This document shows positions 38,284 to 49,520 of a stretch of DNA of 64,000 nt, in pieces; position 1 is the stretch's first letter; every line of letters begins with the position of its first letter. A program made the position numbers and the translations under genes. Source of the stretch: Candidatus Adlerbacteria bacterium (lineage in GTDB: Bacteria > Patescibacteriota > Minisyncoccia > Phycocordibacterales > SBAW01); assembly GCA_028286685.1 (NCBI GenBank), contig JAQBRA010000002.1, forward strand, positions 65,073-129,072, given 5' to 3'. Under the pieces are notes generated by a model, which was not told the origin of the DNA, searched no databases, and saw nothing but the letters and a program-made list of their open reading frames with translations.

Positions 38284-38664
38284 AAAATAATAATTAAAAG
38301 TAATTCCTTCTATTGTGGAGCTTCCACCTGAAGGATTGGTGAAATATAAGCAAAAAACCCGAATGGTACCTGACAGTATTTTCCTCCCCTCTCCCCTTTT
38401 CTTAAACAATTTTAATACAAAGCGACAGTTTCTATTAGATTATGTACAGAACGTAACTTACTGGGACGACAAGATTGAACTTCGCGGATTTGTACCAGTG
38501 AAGTCAAAAGCTTACGCAGATGGAGAAAGTCGAAGTGAATTAGGAAAACTGGAATTCCGCATAAGTGGACATCTTCCAAGGATTGGAGGGATAAAGATTG
38601 AAAGAAGACCTTACGCCTCAACAGAGGTTATAGGCAGGAAGGAGTATGATCTATTGGCTTCCAG

Positions 38665-38886
38665 TTAAACTAATTTGAGAAAAAGAAGTAGGAACCATAC
38701 TGAAAATATTAGGCTACTTAGAACCAATCTAAAGGAATGTATTTGGAACAAGAAATCCCTGTCCTCCTTTTCAAAGTTTAAGAAAACTTTTGTACGAACC
38801 TTATAAGAGAACGGCTCGGAAACCATCATTCCAATACTTGTAAGAAACACTAGAAAACTAAACGCAGATAAGATTAACCAAATCAT
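38665..38886 (-). CDS. small membrane protein (candidate orphan immunity protein)
   Basis: Two TM helices. AT-rich, in a tandem series downstream of the RHS toxin. Confidence 0.35.
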   Translation of the reverse strand: MIWLILSAFSFLVFLTSIGMMVSEPFSYKVRTKVFLNFEKEDRDFLFQIHSFRLVLSSLIFSVWFLLLFLKLV

Positions 38887-38938
38887 AAATATTTTTAATT
38901 ATCTATACTTCCCGTCCCTGAATCTAGAGTATTATTAT

Positions 38939-39208
38939 TTATTTTTTGAAAAAATGCTTATACCCCATTCTCAAAGTCACGACAAACAAAACAGAAAGAA
39001 TAATAATTCCCACCCAAGATCTTACCAAGTTTACCTCTGGAGGAAAATAATTTGATAAACGAGTCAAGATAGCGAAAAAGAGAGCAACTAGTGCACCTAT
39101 GCTTAAAAAGAGGTCTTCTTTATCGTTACTTTTATTCCAGTTATAGAGGCAAAAAATAACAAGAGCAACACCGAGTGCTGGAAAGATTAAAACTTCAAAG
39201 TGTAGCAT
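38939..39208 (-). CDS. small membrane protein (candidate orphan immunity protein)
   Basis: Two to three TM helices. Confidence 0.35.
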   Translation of the reverse strand: MLHFEVLIFPALGVALVIFCLYNWNKSNDKEDLFLSIGALVALFFAILTRLSNYFPPEVNLVRSWVGIIILSVLFVVTLRMGYKHFFKK

Positions 39209-39221
39209 TTACTTTTTTAAA

Positions 39222-39425
39222 CTACTTATCCGAAGGCGGAGATTTGAGTTTGACTACCAACATCGCTAGAGCGGCAATACCAAAGCAGACTACAAAAATG
39301 GTAATTAGGTCGTGAAAAATATTACTGACCTGGACGAGGGCAATTATTGTCACAGCGAATACCACCCACCCCTCCCATGAGGCCGGGTATAATCCTTTAT
39401 CTTTTTTGAACCAGTATTTATTCAT
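39222..39425 (-). CDS. small membrane protein (candidate orphan immunity protein)
   Basis: Two TM helices. Confidence 0.35.
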   Translation of the reverse strand: MNKYWFKKDKGLYPASWEGWVVFAVTIIALVQVSNIFHDLITIFVVCFGIAALAMLVVKLKSPPSDK

Positions 39426-39436
39426 AAGTAATATAA

Positions 39437-39916
39437 TTACACATTTCCAGCAAGTTTTTCAGCATAACCACTAAGTTCTATATTAGGATTTAGTTGTTTA
39501 AGATCTTTAACAAGTCTACCAAGAGTTTTTTCTGAAAACAGAGTGATGCGAAACTCAATATACTTTATACTCCCATCCTGGTCTTTATAAAAAATATAAA
39601 GGGACCGAAATGATCCTTTAGCTGTTTTATAAGTTGCCTGGTCATTGATTTCAGTTATTGAGTCGATATTAACGGTTCTTCGATAAAAAAAGAGATAGAC
39701 GTATGTGAGAGTGTTGTTTGTGATAGATGCATATGAATAACAAGTGGTAATAAGTAGAAAAAAGGCCCAAAATATTACCCAAATTAATAGCCCCTTAATA
39801 GCGACATCCGTACCAAGATCAGGGTTACGGTTTAGATATAAAGTAAATGCCATTAATACACCAGCACTAACTCCAATCATAAGAATACTCTTCCAGTCAG
39901 TAGTATACTTTTTCAT
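39437..39916 (-). CDS. membrane protein directly downstream of the RHS toxin gene and overlapping it (candidate cognate immunity protein)
   Basis: Three to four TM helices. Its start overlaps the toxin stop codon by 4 nt. Confidence 0.45.
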   Translation of the reverse strand: MKKYTTDWKSILMIGVSAGVLMAFTLYLNRNPDLGTDVAIKGLLIWVIFWAFFLLITTCYSYASITNNTLTYVYLFFYRRTVNIDSITEINDQATYKTAKGSFRSLYIFYKDQDGSIKYIEFRITLFSEKTLGRLVKDLKQLNPNIELSGYAEKLAGNV

Positions 39917-42900
39917 TTTTTATCATTCTTAACCTTAAAAGCACTCATGAGATTTTGGACTGCCTTTGCTTGTGTTGAATTTGTAGGAGCAAAAGCATTT
40001 CGAATACTCGAAAAGAGTGAAGCTTGAGACTGTCCACCTTGGTACATTTGACCTGCATTACTTTGAACATTTCCATAGTAAGTATCAATACCTACTCCAA
40101 AGGCAGCCTCTTGCGCATACCGTTGCGCATGAGCACCAGTATAATATGTACTTCCTAGAACTTTAGTGGCTTGTACTCCTCTTACCTGAGGGAGACCTTT
40201 TAGATAACCAGCCGTCAACCCAGTGACTGCTCCATCAGCGACAGCTTGCACTGCACCCTCTGGAGTAATGGTGCCATTTTGCAAGTAGTTTTCTCCGAGG
40301 GAAATGGTGGAAGCTGTTCCTGCGCCCGCCCACGGACTTACAGCTGTAGCAAGTCCTATAACTGCTCCCTTACTCATTGATGTGCCGTATGCTCCAAAGC
40401 CACTAAATTGGCCTGATTGGAGATCAGAAATACCTTGGTATATACCTCCTCCAATACCACCCAGCACGAAACCAGCCGCGAGCACTTGAGGGATAAATCG
40501 TCCAGATGGATCCTTATTAAGGATCGGATTATTCCCTGCGTAAGAATAACTATTCTGTAGTTGAGGATTGATAAGCGCAGCCTTTCCGTCCTGAGTCTGC
40601 CCTATCTCCCAGAAGACTGGGTCTTGGCTCAAGAACTGACCACGTCCCCCGTCGTAATAACGTGCATTTAGATAATTGAGCCCCGAGAGCTCGTCCGCCA
40701 CCTCCCCTATATACTCCCGCTGGCTCACGTCCGTGCCAGTTTCTGCCTGTACCGAGCCGAAGGGATAGTAGGCCAGGGATTGGACCGGAGCGCCACTCTG
40801 GTCGGTTACCACATGGGTAGAGCCCAGGTGGTCGGTGTGTATGTACCGGGTAGTGCCCCCTGCCCCGCCGGAGATGCTTATCAGGCGTATATCGTCGTAG
40901 TAGACCGTGCCGGTGGAGTCCTTTTGGAACACGAAGCCCGTGGTCATCGCGCCTGCGATGCCCAAGTCCGCTAGCGGGATGTCTATGCTGTACCAGGTGT
41001 TGGCCGCTATGGTGCCGCCGGAGACGTAGGAAGAGAGCTGGACCGTGTTGGCCGGAGAACCGCCTGAGTTGTAGCCGATGACTTGCAGGAGCGGCGAGGC
41101 GGAGGTGGAGCGGAACGCCAGGCGCAGGTGAGTAGAACCTACCGTGCTTATGCCCGCATTATGAAGATATAGCCCGCCCCACGCTTCGGTGTACGTAACC
41201 GCTATGGAATTAGAGCCTGCGTATGTCGGACTGGTATTGCTGAAGTTCTGCGTCGAGCCCCACGACCAGTTGTCCCATGAGGTGGTATCGGCGTAGATAG
41301 TCTGGGTTGTGGAAGCCGTGGGCGACCCAACGCTCGCGGATGATTTTTCCACGGTCGACACCAGCATGCCGGCGGCGTAGATGTTCTTAGTAGTAGTGCC
41401 CGCCCCGCCCGCCATGGCGCTATAGAGCCTGTTGGGGAAATAGGTGGTCTTTGAGCCCTCAACCAGCTTGATGCGGCTGCTTTCATGATCGTAGGAGTAC
41501 GTGGAGGTTGCCGTGCCGCTGCCCGCGCTTGCGAGGCGGTTGGCATAGTCCCATGCGTAGGCAAATCCGCCGCCCGAGGCAAGGTTGCCGTTGTTGTCGT
41601 AGGCATAGGTAGAGCTGGCGATGCTTGTAGGCGCGTGAGGATTAGCGTAGCCAGTGCCCGCGTACGCATACGCTCCCACGTCGGACTTGGCAATAATATT
41701 TCCCAAGATGTCGTAGTTGTACGTCTGCGTATAGCCGCCTGAGGCCGTGGACGTGCTTGTCGAGCCTACGGACCAGAACGAGGACGGCGACGACATGTTG
41801 TTGTAACGAGTCGCCAAATAATTGTCGCTGCGGGCCGCACTATGCACGCGTATTTCGTCCAAGCGCCCATCAAGGCGCTCGCCGCCCGCGTAGTCGGCAC
41901 CAAAGCGCAGGACGTCGTTGGAGTTAAAGGTAGTGCCGGGCGTATCGGCCGTATAAGTATTGGCGCTCGAGCCGTTGGCGCGCACCGACGCCTCTGCAGT
42001 GGTGCTGGCCGGGTCGTGGCGCAGCGCGACATAGTACCAGGTGCCGGTTGCCATAGAGCCCGCATAGGTGCCCGCGTACGAAGTGCTGCTGGCAGCGCTT
42101 ATCCATTCGCCATCGAGCCGGTTAGTCGGGCTCGATACGTATGAGGAGTAGGAGCGCCAAGGCGAGGCAGTGTGCTTCTTGCTGATGAGCCGGGCATTTT
42201 CGCCACGCGCGCTCGGCGTCGCATCCATATATACCCAACCCTCAAGCGTCATGGACGCTCCTTCAAAATTGCTGCTATCGGGCACGTCGATAGTGTCGTC
42301 GACACCATCGAAGTTGGCAGCGGCGCCGAACTTGCCGGTAGTGGTACCTATGGCTGACGCCACATAGTTTGAATACATGGTGCCGTTATGGCTTCCCGAG
42401 GTTGAGTCTTTGATAGCTCCCCCGGTAGCGCTATTTTCCTCCAAATGCCAGACGCCCTCAGTATCGGAGTCATACACCTCCCGAGCTCCATAAGTGTTGC
42501 CCGCAGAATAGCAGTTAGCATCCGGGTTGCCGTAATAGACGTAGTATTGCGCAGACGAACTCGCAGAAAGGGCGTTGCCGGTCGAGAAGTGGAGCTGCCC
42601 TGCTCCGGCACCATAGGACACCAGGTCTATGGGCAGCTCAGTCGTGCCGTCTTGCTTGGTTACGCGGATATCGCAGCCATTGGCTTTGACCCCGGTATGG
42701 AAGCTTATAGGCAACAGCGACAAGTCGAGATAGACGTCTTTAGTATCTTCCAGCACCTTGGTAGAGCTGGCTGCCACCGGCACGCGATAATCCCAGTTCG
42801 GGTCGTACCAATCGGAAGAGGGGCCGACTGCATACTGTGCCTGAGCCAGACGGTACAAATCATCGTAATCGTAACTTGCTGTTTTTGGCGCTGTAGAGCT

Positions 42901-45900
42901 TGCCAGGTCGGAAATCTCCACAATATTGCCGACAGGGTCGTAGGTATAGTTGAAGTCCTGGAGGGTAAGGCCGGAGGAGTTTTTTGCCTGGACTCGCGAA
43001 AGTCGGTAGAGCGCAGCGGCATTATAGGTGCTGGTAGAGACATCGCCGTTGGCGTATGCCACGACCGCAGGCTTGCCCGTAGGGGCGTAGTCAATCCGCG
43101 TTACAACGCCCGCAAAAGAAGGCTCTCCGCTTTCTTTCTTCTGTACGGCATCAACAAGCCCGGCAGCATTATAGAAGTACGCAACCTGCGCCTGGTCGGG
43201 ATACGTCACGAGCGTCTGATTGCCTTGGCGGTCATACTCATAGGCAGTTGCAAATGCGGTCGTAGTACCGACCAAGGTTGAAGTAGCAGCCCTAACAAGG
43301 CCCGCAGGATTATATGCATATTGGACAAGAGAGTTGGTGGAGCTTGCCGTGCACAGCCTCCCTACCCCGTCTTGGCAGGAGTCATAGACGTAGGACACCT
43401 CCGTACCCGCCTGACCCGTGTAATTTTCTGATACGGGACGATTGAGCACATCGTAGGAATACTGGACCGTTTGGCCCTTTGCATCGATTTTTTGGGTAAG
43501 ATTGCCCGCCGCATCATAGCTATAAGTGGTCGAGCCGAATGAGGCATCTGCCGGAGCATGGAGATCTCCCGCAGAAGTGCGCCGGCCGAGGCCGTCATAC
43601 GCAAAGCTGCGCACATTGCCCGCAGCGTCGGTCAGACTCACAAGACTGCCCGTAAGATCCCACGCATAGGTAGTGGTATACGGCGTCCCCGAAAGATACT
43701 CAACAACGCTTATAAGATTGCCGCGCGCGTCTTTTGTATATTCTTTTGCCTTATCATTAGCGTCCGTAGTGGTAGTCTTCCATTGGTCATAGGCATTGGT
43801 GGTCGTGCCCACGGCAGTCCCAACCCCCACCGCGCGCTGGAGCGGATCATACAGGTAGTTCGTGTAGAGCGTCCCAATCGAAGTGGCAGAGGAACGCGAG
43901 GAGCCCGAGGCAAAGTACGGCAAGCTTTCGGAAGACATGAGGCCCCTCCGGTCATACTTCCAATCCCTTACTGCAAACGTGCCCGCAACCTCGGCTTGCG
44001 AGCGCTCCTGGAATTTGCGGTTTAAGCCGTCAAAATACGTATAGCGCGAGGTGGTTGTAGCAGCGTTTAAGTACCTAGTTTCCTCTACGCTGGTGGAGCC
44101 CGGCGTGCTGCTGGCGCTGTACGCATAGGCAGTCGTAGTAGCGAGCGTACCAGTTAAAGGATCGGGCTCTTGCACAGCGAGCACCCTGTCCAGACCATCG
44201 TAAGCTTTTACATGCAGGCGCCCGTTGGGATCGGCAATCTGGCGCACCTGGCCGGAAGAATAGTCGTACAAATACCCGGTTGCCTGACTAAGCGCGTTGG
44301 TGGTAGTCGCTGGATACAGGTTGAACGCATCATAGGCGTAGGCTGTAAGATTTGACTTGGCGTCACGCTCCTGAGTTACCAGGCCATAGGTACCGTACAC
44401 CTTGGTGGTAGACGCGTAGGCAGAAGCGGCAATCCAATCCTCCTTTTTAGTCAGATTACCTTTGACCAGACTGCCAAGCGTCTGGTTGTCATAGTAATAG
44501 CGCGCCTCTTTTATTTTGGCTCCGCTCTGATTATGCGTAAGCTCGCTTGACGGAAGACCGACAAGAGTCGAGCTCGCCGCGTAGGAGATAGTCGTTGAGG
44601 CAAGATCGCTGCCAGTATCGCTAAAAGTGCCGTCGCCCGAGCCGGTTACCTCGCCCCAGTCGATCTTTTGAACCAGGTTACCATTGGTATTGTTGTAGGC
44701 ATACGAGACAGCCTTGTCTTTATGGTCGGAATCACCGTCATACTCCTGCTCGAGTGCCTGTGTTGTTTTGACGAACCTAGCTTCCCCGCCACGGTCATGA
44801 GTCTCCCACTTATTTATATTTGACTTAAACAGGTCGCCGGAACTATCGGAAACATCCGTACGGAATACTTTGCCTATCTTTGAGCGGTCGTCAGAGTATT
44901 CTCCCAAAGAAGATTCTGAGGCATTGCCTTGGTGATAGCGGGTAACGACCGTATCCCCTACTGCATCAGTCTTGGTTATAGACCCAAAGCCCGCAATGCG
45001 CCTATCAAACGGATTGTCGAAGTAAAAGTCACCGTCTGCGTACTCGAACGTATCGGTACTGGTCGCAGAGAGACCGTCACTGATTTCAACCTTCTCAAGG
45101 GTCGTTAGTGTCGCTGGAAGCGAGGGATTGAGCAACTCATCGCTGTCATCCCTGTATTGCGCACTGCCTTTGTAGGCCACACTAATAGTGCCGCCTGTCT
45201 GATTAATCACCCGGGAGAGCAAGTCGGGTTCCTGGCCCTGGGATATAAATTGACTGTCCTGCTCCCAGGAATAGAAATGGGGCTGGCCCCAACCATACGC
45301 GACAAAATCGGCAATACCGTCGCCATTAAGGTCTGCAAACCGCACGCCGCCTTCTTGTCCGCTGTGCCGCAGCGCGACAGGCGCCCACCTGGAGTGATCT
45401 TGAATAAACCCAATGCCAGTATTGAGGTAAACGCTATTTCCCAGCCAATGAACAACCGGAGGGGTTGGATACGGCCCCACCTGAGCCTCGCTTGAGACCA
45501 CATCGGGCAAGCTATCTCCATTTATATCCACCAGGCGCGCAGATTGGCCGCCTATGTCTCCCGGCAACGACCACGCAGGATCAGATGACCAGCCTGAGCC
45601 GGTATTGATATAAACGGAACCTTCTTGTGTTAGGTCGGCAAGATTGTCGCCATTGATGTCGGCCACCTGGCCGCGACTATTACCGTTATGGTTACTGTTT
45701 CCAAAGAGTATAGTTGTTGTCGGGAACGCCCACCCAACAGCCGTGGTCCAACCAGCCCCCGTATTGAGATATATGCTTTGCGAGTATGTTGTAGCCCCAG
45801 TGAAGGCGTTTATATTTGCGAAAGAGCGCAACACGTCAATCAATCCGTCGCCATCTATATCGCCGAAGCGCACGCCATTATCATACAAGCCCTCGAATCT

Positions 45901-47520
45901 TATACTTAAAGGCAACGACCATGCACTTGCCGACCAATTGCTACCGGTATTGAGATATACATTCGTGTCGCATATGAAATCAGGCAGGAGGTCTCCGTTG
46001 ACGTCCGCTAGCCGGCCTCCCCCATCGAATAAATAATTGTTAGATTCGAGATAGGTGAACGTGCACGGAGGAGTCCAGCCCGAGTCGAGAGTCCAACTCT
46101 CGCCGTTATTTATGTATACATGGCGATAAACGTCATAACCATTCCTACCGTTCCACGCATCATAAGCTTGCACCTCATCTGCAAGCCCGTCGCCATTAAT
46201 ATCGACAACATTGACGCCCTTATCCCAGCCATCTCCGACGAAACCAGTAGCCATAGGCTGGGTCCACGTAGTCGTGGCCCACGTTTTAGAAGACTCCGTA
46301 TAACCAAAGGCTGTCTGCGGCAAAGCGATCGGCGTAGAACTTCCTTCGGCCTGGCCTGCTTCTGTAACACTGGCTAATATAAGCCTGGAATCGTTGTCCC
46401 CAGCACGATAAGTAAGAGTATAAGCATGAACAGTATCGCCACTCACCTTGGCTGTGATGGCGTCTATCTTGTATTTGGTCTTTACCGTAAAACCGGTAGC
46501 AGTAGAAGTGGCTGTGGAAGTGGCACGCAAACTTTTGGCAAAGTCGACTGAAAATATGCCTGTACTAGAGCCGCTGCCCGTATAGGAAATTGATGCCGGA
46601 TAGATTTGGCCGGAATCCTTAGAATAAGAGTAGATTATCGTGTTGCCGTTAGAGTCCGTTACCTGCTGCAGCATCCATTTAAATATTCTCCCAGAGTTAC
46701 CTGGATCATCCTGCCTCCCGCTGGTTGAAGTGCCGAAAAGATACGTTTTGCCGGTTTTATCCGTTACAGTCCAAGCATTGCCACTGAATGAATAAGACAA
46801 ATTTGAACCATCATCATCGCGCGCCACAAACAAGGTCGAAGTTGAAGTTGTAGCCAACTCGCCCGACATCGAGGAGGAGAAATAGACCGGCGACGTCGTC
46901 GCGTACAGCGTACCGAGGCCTTTTTTGTTTATGCGCTCAATATACGGGATAGGCATATCCCAACCATATCCGTAAAAATCGTCGTCATGGTGCGATTGGG
47001 ACGAGTACACAAGCTTAAGATCCGGCTCCATGCCACTGCGCCCTGGCGGCACCTTCAGCGGGACCTGGTAGAGATACGCTCCCGTATATGATTCGGATGA
47101 GCTGTCCGGCACGCTCCCCAGCGCAGCACTTTGCCTGATAAATGAAGGCAGATTGTCGTCAACGGCGCTTGCCGAACTAAGCGACTGGGGTTCAGGAGTG
47201 AGGGAGTCCATTGACTCAACCGTGGAGGGTTCTGTAAAACTTTCCTCAAGGACTGATTCCTGCTCTGTCGGCGAACTAACAGGAACTGCCGCCGGTTCAA
47301 TAATCGGCCCTTCTTCTATGGGAAATATTGGGTCAGGCAGCGGACTTGTCTGAAATTCAGGTATTTGAACTTGCGAAGAATTCGGGGGGATAATTTCTGC
47401 CTCTTGGGCATACACTTGCACTAAAGGCGTGCCTGCCAAAGACAAAACTAAGCCAAAAGCAATTGCGCGAACCAAAAACTGACCGGGAGTTGCGCGGAAA
47501 GAAATGCCTCCTCTGCTCAT
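39913..47520 (-). CDS. RHS/YD-repeat polymorphic toxin with N-terminal FG-GAP-like repeats, a LamG-like domain and a glycine-rich C-terminal toxin domain
   Basis: Signal peptide; repeated D(I/V)NGDGL(A/P)D motifs; many YD repeats such as YAYDAFN and YSYDAAGNL; the RHS core end YSYAGNNPILNKDPSGRF; and a ~190-aa tail with GGIGGGIYQG and VIGLATAV glycine-zipper-like segments. Confidence 0.85.
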   Translation of the reverse strand: MSRGGISFRATPGQFLVRAIAFGLVLSLAGTPLVQVYAQEAEIIPPNSSQVQIPEFQTSPLPDPIFPIEEGPIIEPAAVPVSSPTEQESVLEESFTEPSTVESMDSLTPEPQSLSSASAVDDNLPSFIRQSAALGSVPDSSSESYTGAYLYQVPLKVPPGRSGMEPDLKLVYSSQSHHDDDFYGYGWDMPIPYIERINKKGLGTLYATTSPVYFSSSMSGELATTSTSTLFVARDDDGSNLSYSFSGNAWTVTDKTGKTYLFGTSTSGRQDDPGNSGRIFKWMLQQVTDSNGNTIIYSYSKDSGQIYPASISYTGSGSSTGIFSVDFAKSLRATSTATSTATGFTVKTKYKIDAITAKVSGDTVHAYTLTYRAGDNDSRLILASVTEAGQAEGSSTPIALPQTAFGYTESSKTWATTTWTQPMATGFVGDGWDKGVNVVDINGDGLADEVQAYDAWNGRNGYDVYRHVYINNGESWTLDSGWTPPCTFTYLESNNYLFDGGGRLADVNGDLLPDFICDTNVYLNTGSNWSASAWSLPLSIRFEGLYDNGVRFGDIDGDGLIDVLRSFANINAFTGATTYSQSIYLNTGAGWTTAVGWAFPTTTILFGNSNHNGNSRGQVADINGDNLADLTQEGSVYINTGSGWSSDPAWSLPGDIGGQSARLVDINGDSLPDVVSSEAQVGPYPTPPVVHWLGNSVYLNTGIGFIQDHSRWAPVALRHSGQEGGVRFADLNGDGIADFVAYGWGQPHFYSWEQDSQFISQGQEPDLLSRVINQTGGTISVAYKGSAQYRDDSDELLNPSLPATLTTLEKVEISDGLSATSTDTFEYADGDFYFDNPFDRRIAGFGSITKTDAVGDTVVTRYHQGNASESSLGEYSDDRSKIGKVFRTDVSDSSGDLFKSNINKWETHDRGGEARFVKTTQALEQEYDGDSDHKDKAVSYAYNNTNGNLVQKIDWGEVTGSGDGTFSDTGSDLASTTISYAASSTLVGLPSSELTHNQSGAKIKEARYYYDNQTLGSLVKGNLTKKEDWIAASAYASTTKVYGTYGLVTQERDAKSNLTAYAYDAFNLYPATTTNALSQATGYLYDYSSGQVRQIADPNGRLHVKAYDGLDRVLAVQEPDPLTGTLATTTAYAYSASSTPGSTSVEETRYLNAATTTSRYTYFDGLNRKFQERSQAEVAGTFAVRDWKYDRRGLMSSESLPYFASGSSRSSATSIGTLYTNYLYDPLQRAVGVGTAVGTTTNAYDQWKTTTTDANDKAKEYTKDARGNLISVVEYLSGTPYTTTYAWDLTGSLVSLTDAAGNVRSFAYDGLGRRTSAGDLHAPADASFGSTTYSYDAAGNLTQKIDAKGQTVQYSYDVLNRPVSENYTGQAGTEVSYVYDSCQDGVGRLCTASSTNSLVQYAYNPAGLVRAATSTLVGTTTAFATAYEYDRQGNQTLVTYPDQAQVAYFYNAAGLVDAVQKKESGEPSFAGVVTRIDYAPTGKPAVVAYANGDVSTSTYNAAALYRLSRVQAKNSSGLTLQDFNYTYDPVGNIVEISDLASSTAPKTASYDYDDLYRLAQAQYAVGPSSDWYDPNWDYRVPVAASSTKVLEDTKDVYLDLSLLPISFHTGVKANGCDIRVTKQDGTTELPIDLVSYGAGAGQLHFSTGNALSASSSAQYYVYYGNPDANCYSAGNTYGAREVYDSDTEGVWHLEENSATGGAIKDSTSGSHNGTMYSNYVASAIGTTTGKFGAAANFDGVDDTIDVPDSSNFEGASMTLEGWVYMDATPSARGENARLISKKHTASPWRSYSSYVSSPTNRLDGEWISAASSTSYAGTYAGSMATGTWYYVALRHDPASTTAEASVRANGSSANTYTADTPGTTFNSNDVLRFGADYAGGERLDGRLDEIRVHSAARSDNYLATRYNNMSSPSSFWSVGSTSTSTASGGYTQTYNYDILGNIIAKSDVGAYAYAGTGYANPHAPTSIASSTYAYDNNGNLASGGGFAYAWDYANRLASAGSGTATSTYSYDHESSRIKLVEGSKTTYFPNRLYSAMAGGAGTTTKNIYAAGMLVSTVEKSSASVGSPTASTTQTIYADTTSWDNWSWGSTQNFSNTSPTYAGSNSIAVTYTEAWGGLYLHNAGISTVGSTHLRLAFRSTSASPLLQVIGYNSGGSPANTVQLSSYVSGGTIAANTWYSIDIPLADLGIAGAMTTGFVFQKDSTGTVYYDDIRLISISGGAGGTTRYIHTDHLGSTHVVTDQSGAPVQSLAYYPFGSVQAETGTDVSQREYIGEVADELSGLNYLNARYYDGGRGQFLSQDPVFWEIGQTQDGKAALINPQLQNSYSYAGNNPILNKDPSGRFIPQVLAAGFVLGGIGGGIYQGISDLQSGQFSGFGAYGTSMSKGAVIGLATAVSPWAGAGTASTISLGENYLQNGTITPEGAVQAVADGAVTGLTAGYLKGLPQVRGVQATKVLGSTYYTGAHAQRYAQEAAFGVGIDTYYGNVQSNAGQMYQGGQSQASLFSSIRNAFAPTNSTQAKAVQNLMSAFKVKNDKK

Positions 47521-47611
47521 AAAATATTAATGAAATAAATAATACCCCAATCATGAGGTATTAATATGAAGTTTTTATGAAGTTGTCAGAAAAACCTTTA
47601 AATACGGCTGC

Positions 47612-49375
47612 TTAGCGCGTGCGGCCGCCGGGCTGCTTGCGCAGGCGGATCGACTTGGGCGTAACCTCGAGGTATTCGTCGCCCTGCATTACCTCGAGCC
47701 CGCGCTCGATAGTAAGGGTAAACGGCGGAATGAGTTGTATTGCCTCATCCGAGCCCGATGCGCGCATGTTGGTGAGCTGCTTCCCTTTGGTCGGGTTGGC
47801 AAACATCTCATCGCCCTTGGAGGTATTGCCGATGATCATACCTTCGTACACCTCGGTAGCGGCGCCGATATAGAGCGCGCCGCGGTCCTGGAGGTTATAC
47901 AGCGAGAAGCCCAAGGCTTTTCCTGCGGCCATGGAAACCATCGAACCCACCGGGCGCTTCTCTATCTCGCCGGCGTACGGACGGAACTCGATAAAGCGCG
48001 AGGAGAAGATGCCTTCGCCCTTAGTGTCGAGCACGAACTGCGAGCGGAAGCCCAAGAGGCCGCGGGTCGGGCCCTCGAAGATCATGCGCACCACGCCCGA
48101 GCCCGGCTTCATATCCTTGAGTATCGCCTTGCGCTTGCCCAAGCGCTCGATGACGGAGCCCTGGTACTCTTCCGGAACGTCGATGATAACCTCTTCGTAC
48201 GGCTCCTCCTTGGTGCCGTTGTTGTCGTGGAAAATAACCTGGGGCTCTGACACCTGGAGCTCGTAGCCCTCGCGGCGCATATTCTCAAGAAGGATAGCGA
48301 TGTGGAGCTCGCCGCGGCCGTAGACGCGGAATGCCTCGGCCGAGGAAAAGTCCACCTTAAGGCCTACGTTGATCTCGAGCTCTTTCTCGAGGCGGTCGCG
48401 GATCTGTCGAGTGGTAACGAACTTGCCCTCGCGGCCGGCGAACGGCGAGTTGTTAACGAGGAAGTTAAGGCCGATGGTCGGCTCATCCACAGCAATAGTC
48501 GGGAGCATCTCTACCGTCTCCAGCTCCCCTACCGTGTCGCCGATGTAAACGTCGCCAAGGCCGGCAACGAGCACGATGTCTCCGGCCTGCGCCTCCGGGA
48601 TTTCGATGCGCTCAAGGCCCTTGAATGAAAATATTTTGATTACTTTGGCTACGTGGCTCTTGCCGTCCGGCTTCTTAACAAAGAGGCTCTGGCCAGTCTT
48701 AAGGATGCCCTCGTAAATGCGCACGACCGCGAGGCGGCCGAGGAAGTTGTCGTAGCCGAGGTTAAACGGCTGCATGCGCAAGGGCTTGCTTGCAAGCGAC
48801 TCGTCTACGGACGGCACGTGCTCAAGGATCGCATCCAAGAGCGGTGTGAGGTCCTTAGAATCGTCGTCGAGCTTCTTCTTGGCAATACCCTGGCGGCCGA
48901 TAGCGTAGATGACCGGAAAATTGGACTGCTCGTCGTTGGCGCCGAGTTCCAAGAAGAGCTCAAGCACCTGCTCCTCTGCCTGGGCCGGGTTGGCTGCAGG
49001 CTTGTCTATCTTGTTGATGATGACCATCGGCTTGAGGCCCAGCTCGAGGGACTTCTTAAGAACGAAGCGCGTCTGGGGCATCGGGCCCTCCTGAGCGTCG
49101 ACAACGAGGAGCACGGAGTCGATGGAACGCAGCACGCGCTCGACCTCGGAGCCGAAGTCGGCGTGGCCCGGCGTGTCGACGATGTTTATCTTGGTGCCCT
49201 TGTACTCGACGGCGGCGTTCTTGGCGTAAATGGTGATGCCGCGCTCGCGCTCAAGGTCGTTGGAGTCCATGGAGGTACCCTCGCCCGCAGCGCCGGTCTG
49301 GCGCATAAGTGCGTCAGTAAGGGTGGTCTTGCCGTGGTCCACGTGTGCGATGATGGCGATGTTGCGGATTTCCAT
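47612..49375 (-). CDS. typA: translational GTPase TypA/BipA
   Basis: [26 protein letters not shown] and the EF-G-like domain order. Confidence 0.9.
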   Translation of the reverse strand: MEIRNIAIIAHVDHGKTTLTDALMRQTGAAGEGTSMDSNDLERERGITIYAKNAAVEYKGTKINIVDTPGHADFGSEVERVLRSIDSVLLVVDAQEGPMPQTRFVLKKSLELGLKPMVIINKIDKPAANPAQAEEQVLELFLELGANDEQSNFPVIYAIGRQGIAKKKLDDDSKDLTPLLDAILEHVPSVDESLASKPLRMQPFNLGYDNFLGRLAVVRIYEGILKTGQSLFVKKPDGKSHVAKVIKIFSFKGLERIEIPEAQAGDIVLVAGLGDVYIGDTVGELETVEMLPTIAVDEPTIGLNFLVNNSPFAGREGKFVTTRQIRDRLEKELEINVGLKVDFSSAEAFRVYGRGELHIAILLENMRREGYELQVSEPQVIFHDNNGTKEEPYEEVIIDVPEEYQGSVIERLGKRKAILKDMKPGSGVVRMIFEGPTRGLLGFRSQFVLDTKGEGIFSSRFIEFRPYAGEIEKRPVGSMVSMAAGKALGFSLYNLQDRGALYIGAATEVYEGMIIGNTSKGDEMFANPTKGKQLTNMRASGSDEAIQLIPPFTLTIERGLEVMQGDEYLEVTPKSIRLRKQPGGRTR

Positions 49376-49520
49376 AATAGTTTTAGCGATCTTTTTATAT
49401 ATGCTTGCGGGCGCCGCCGCAAACAAAAAAGCGCCTGGGCGCTCTCATATATATAGTATACGCCAAATGCGCGATAAGACAAGCCATCGCGCACGGGCAT
49501 ATATCCGGCTATTGGTCTGG

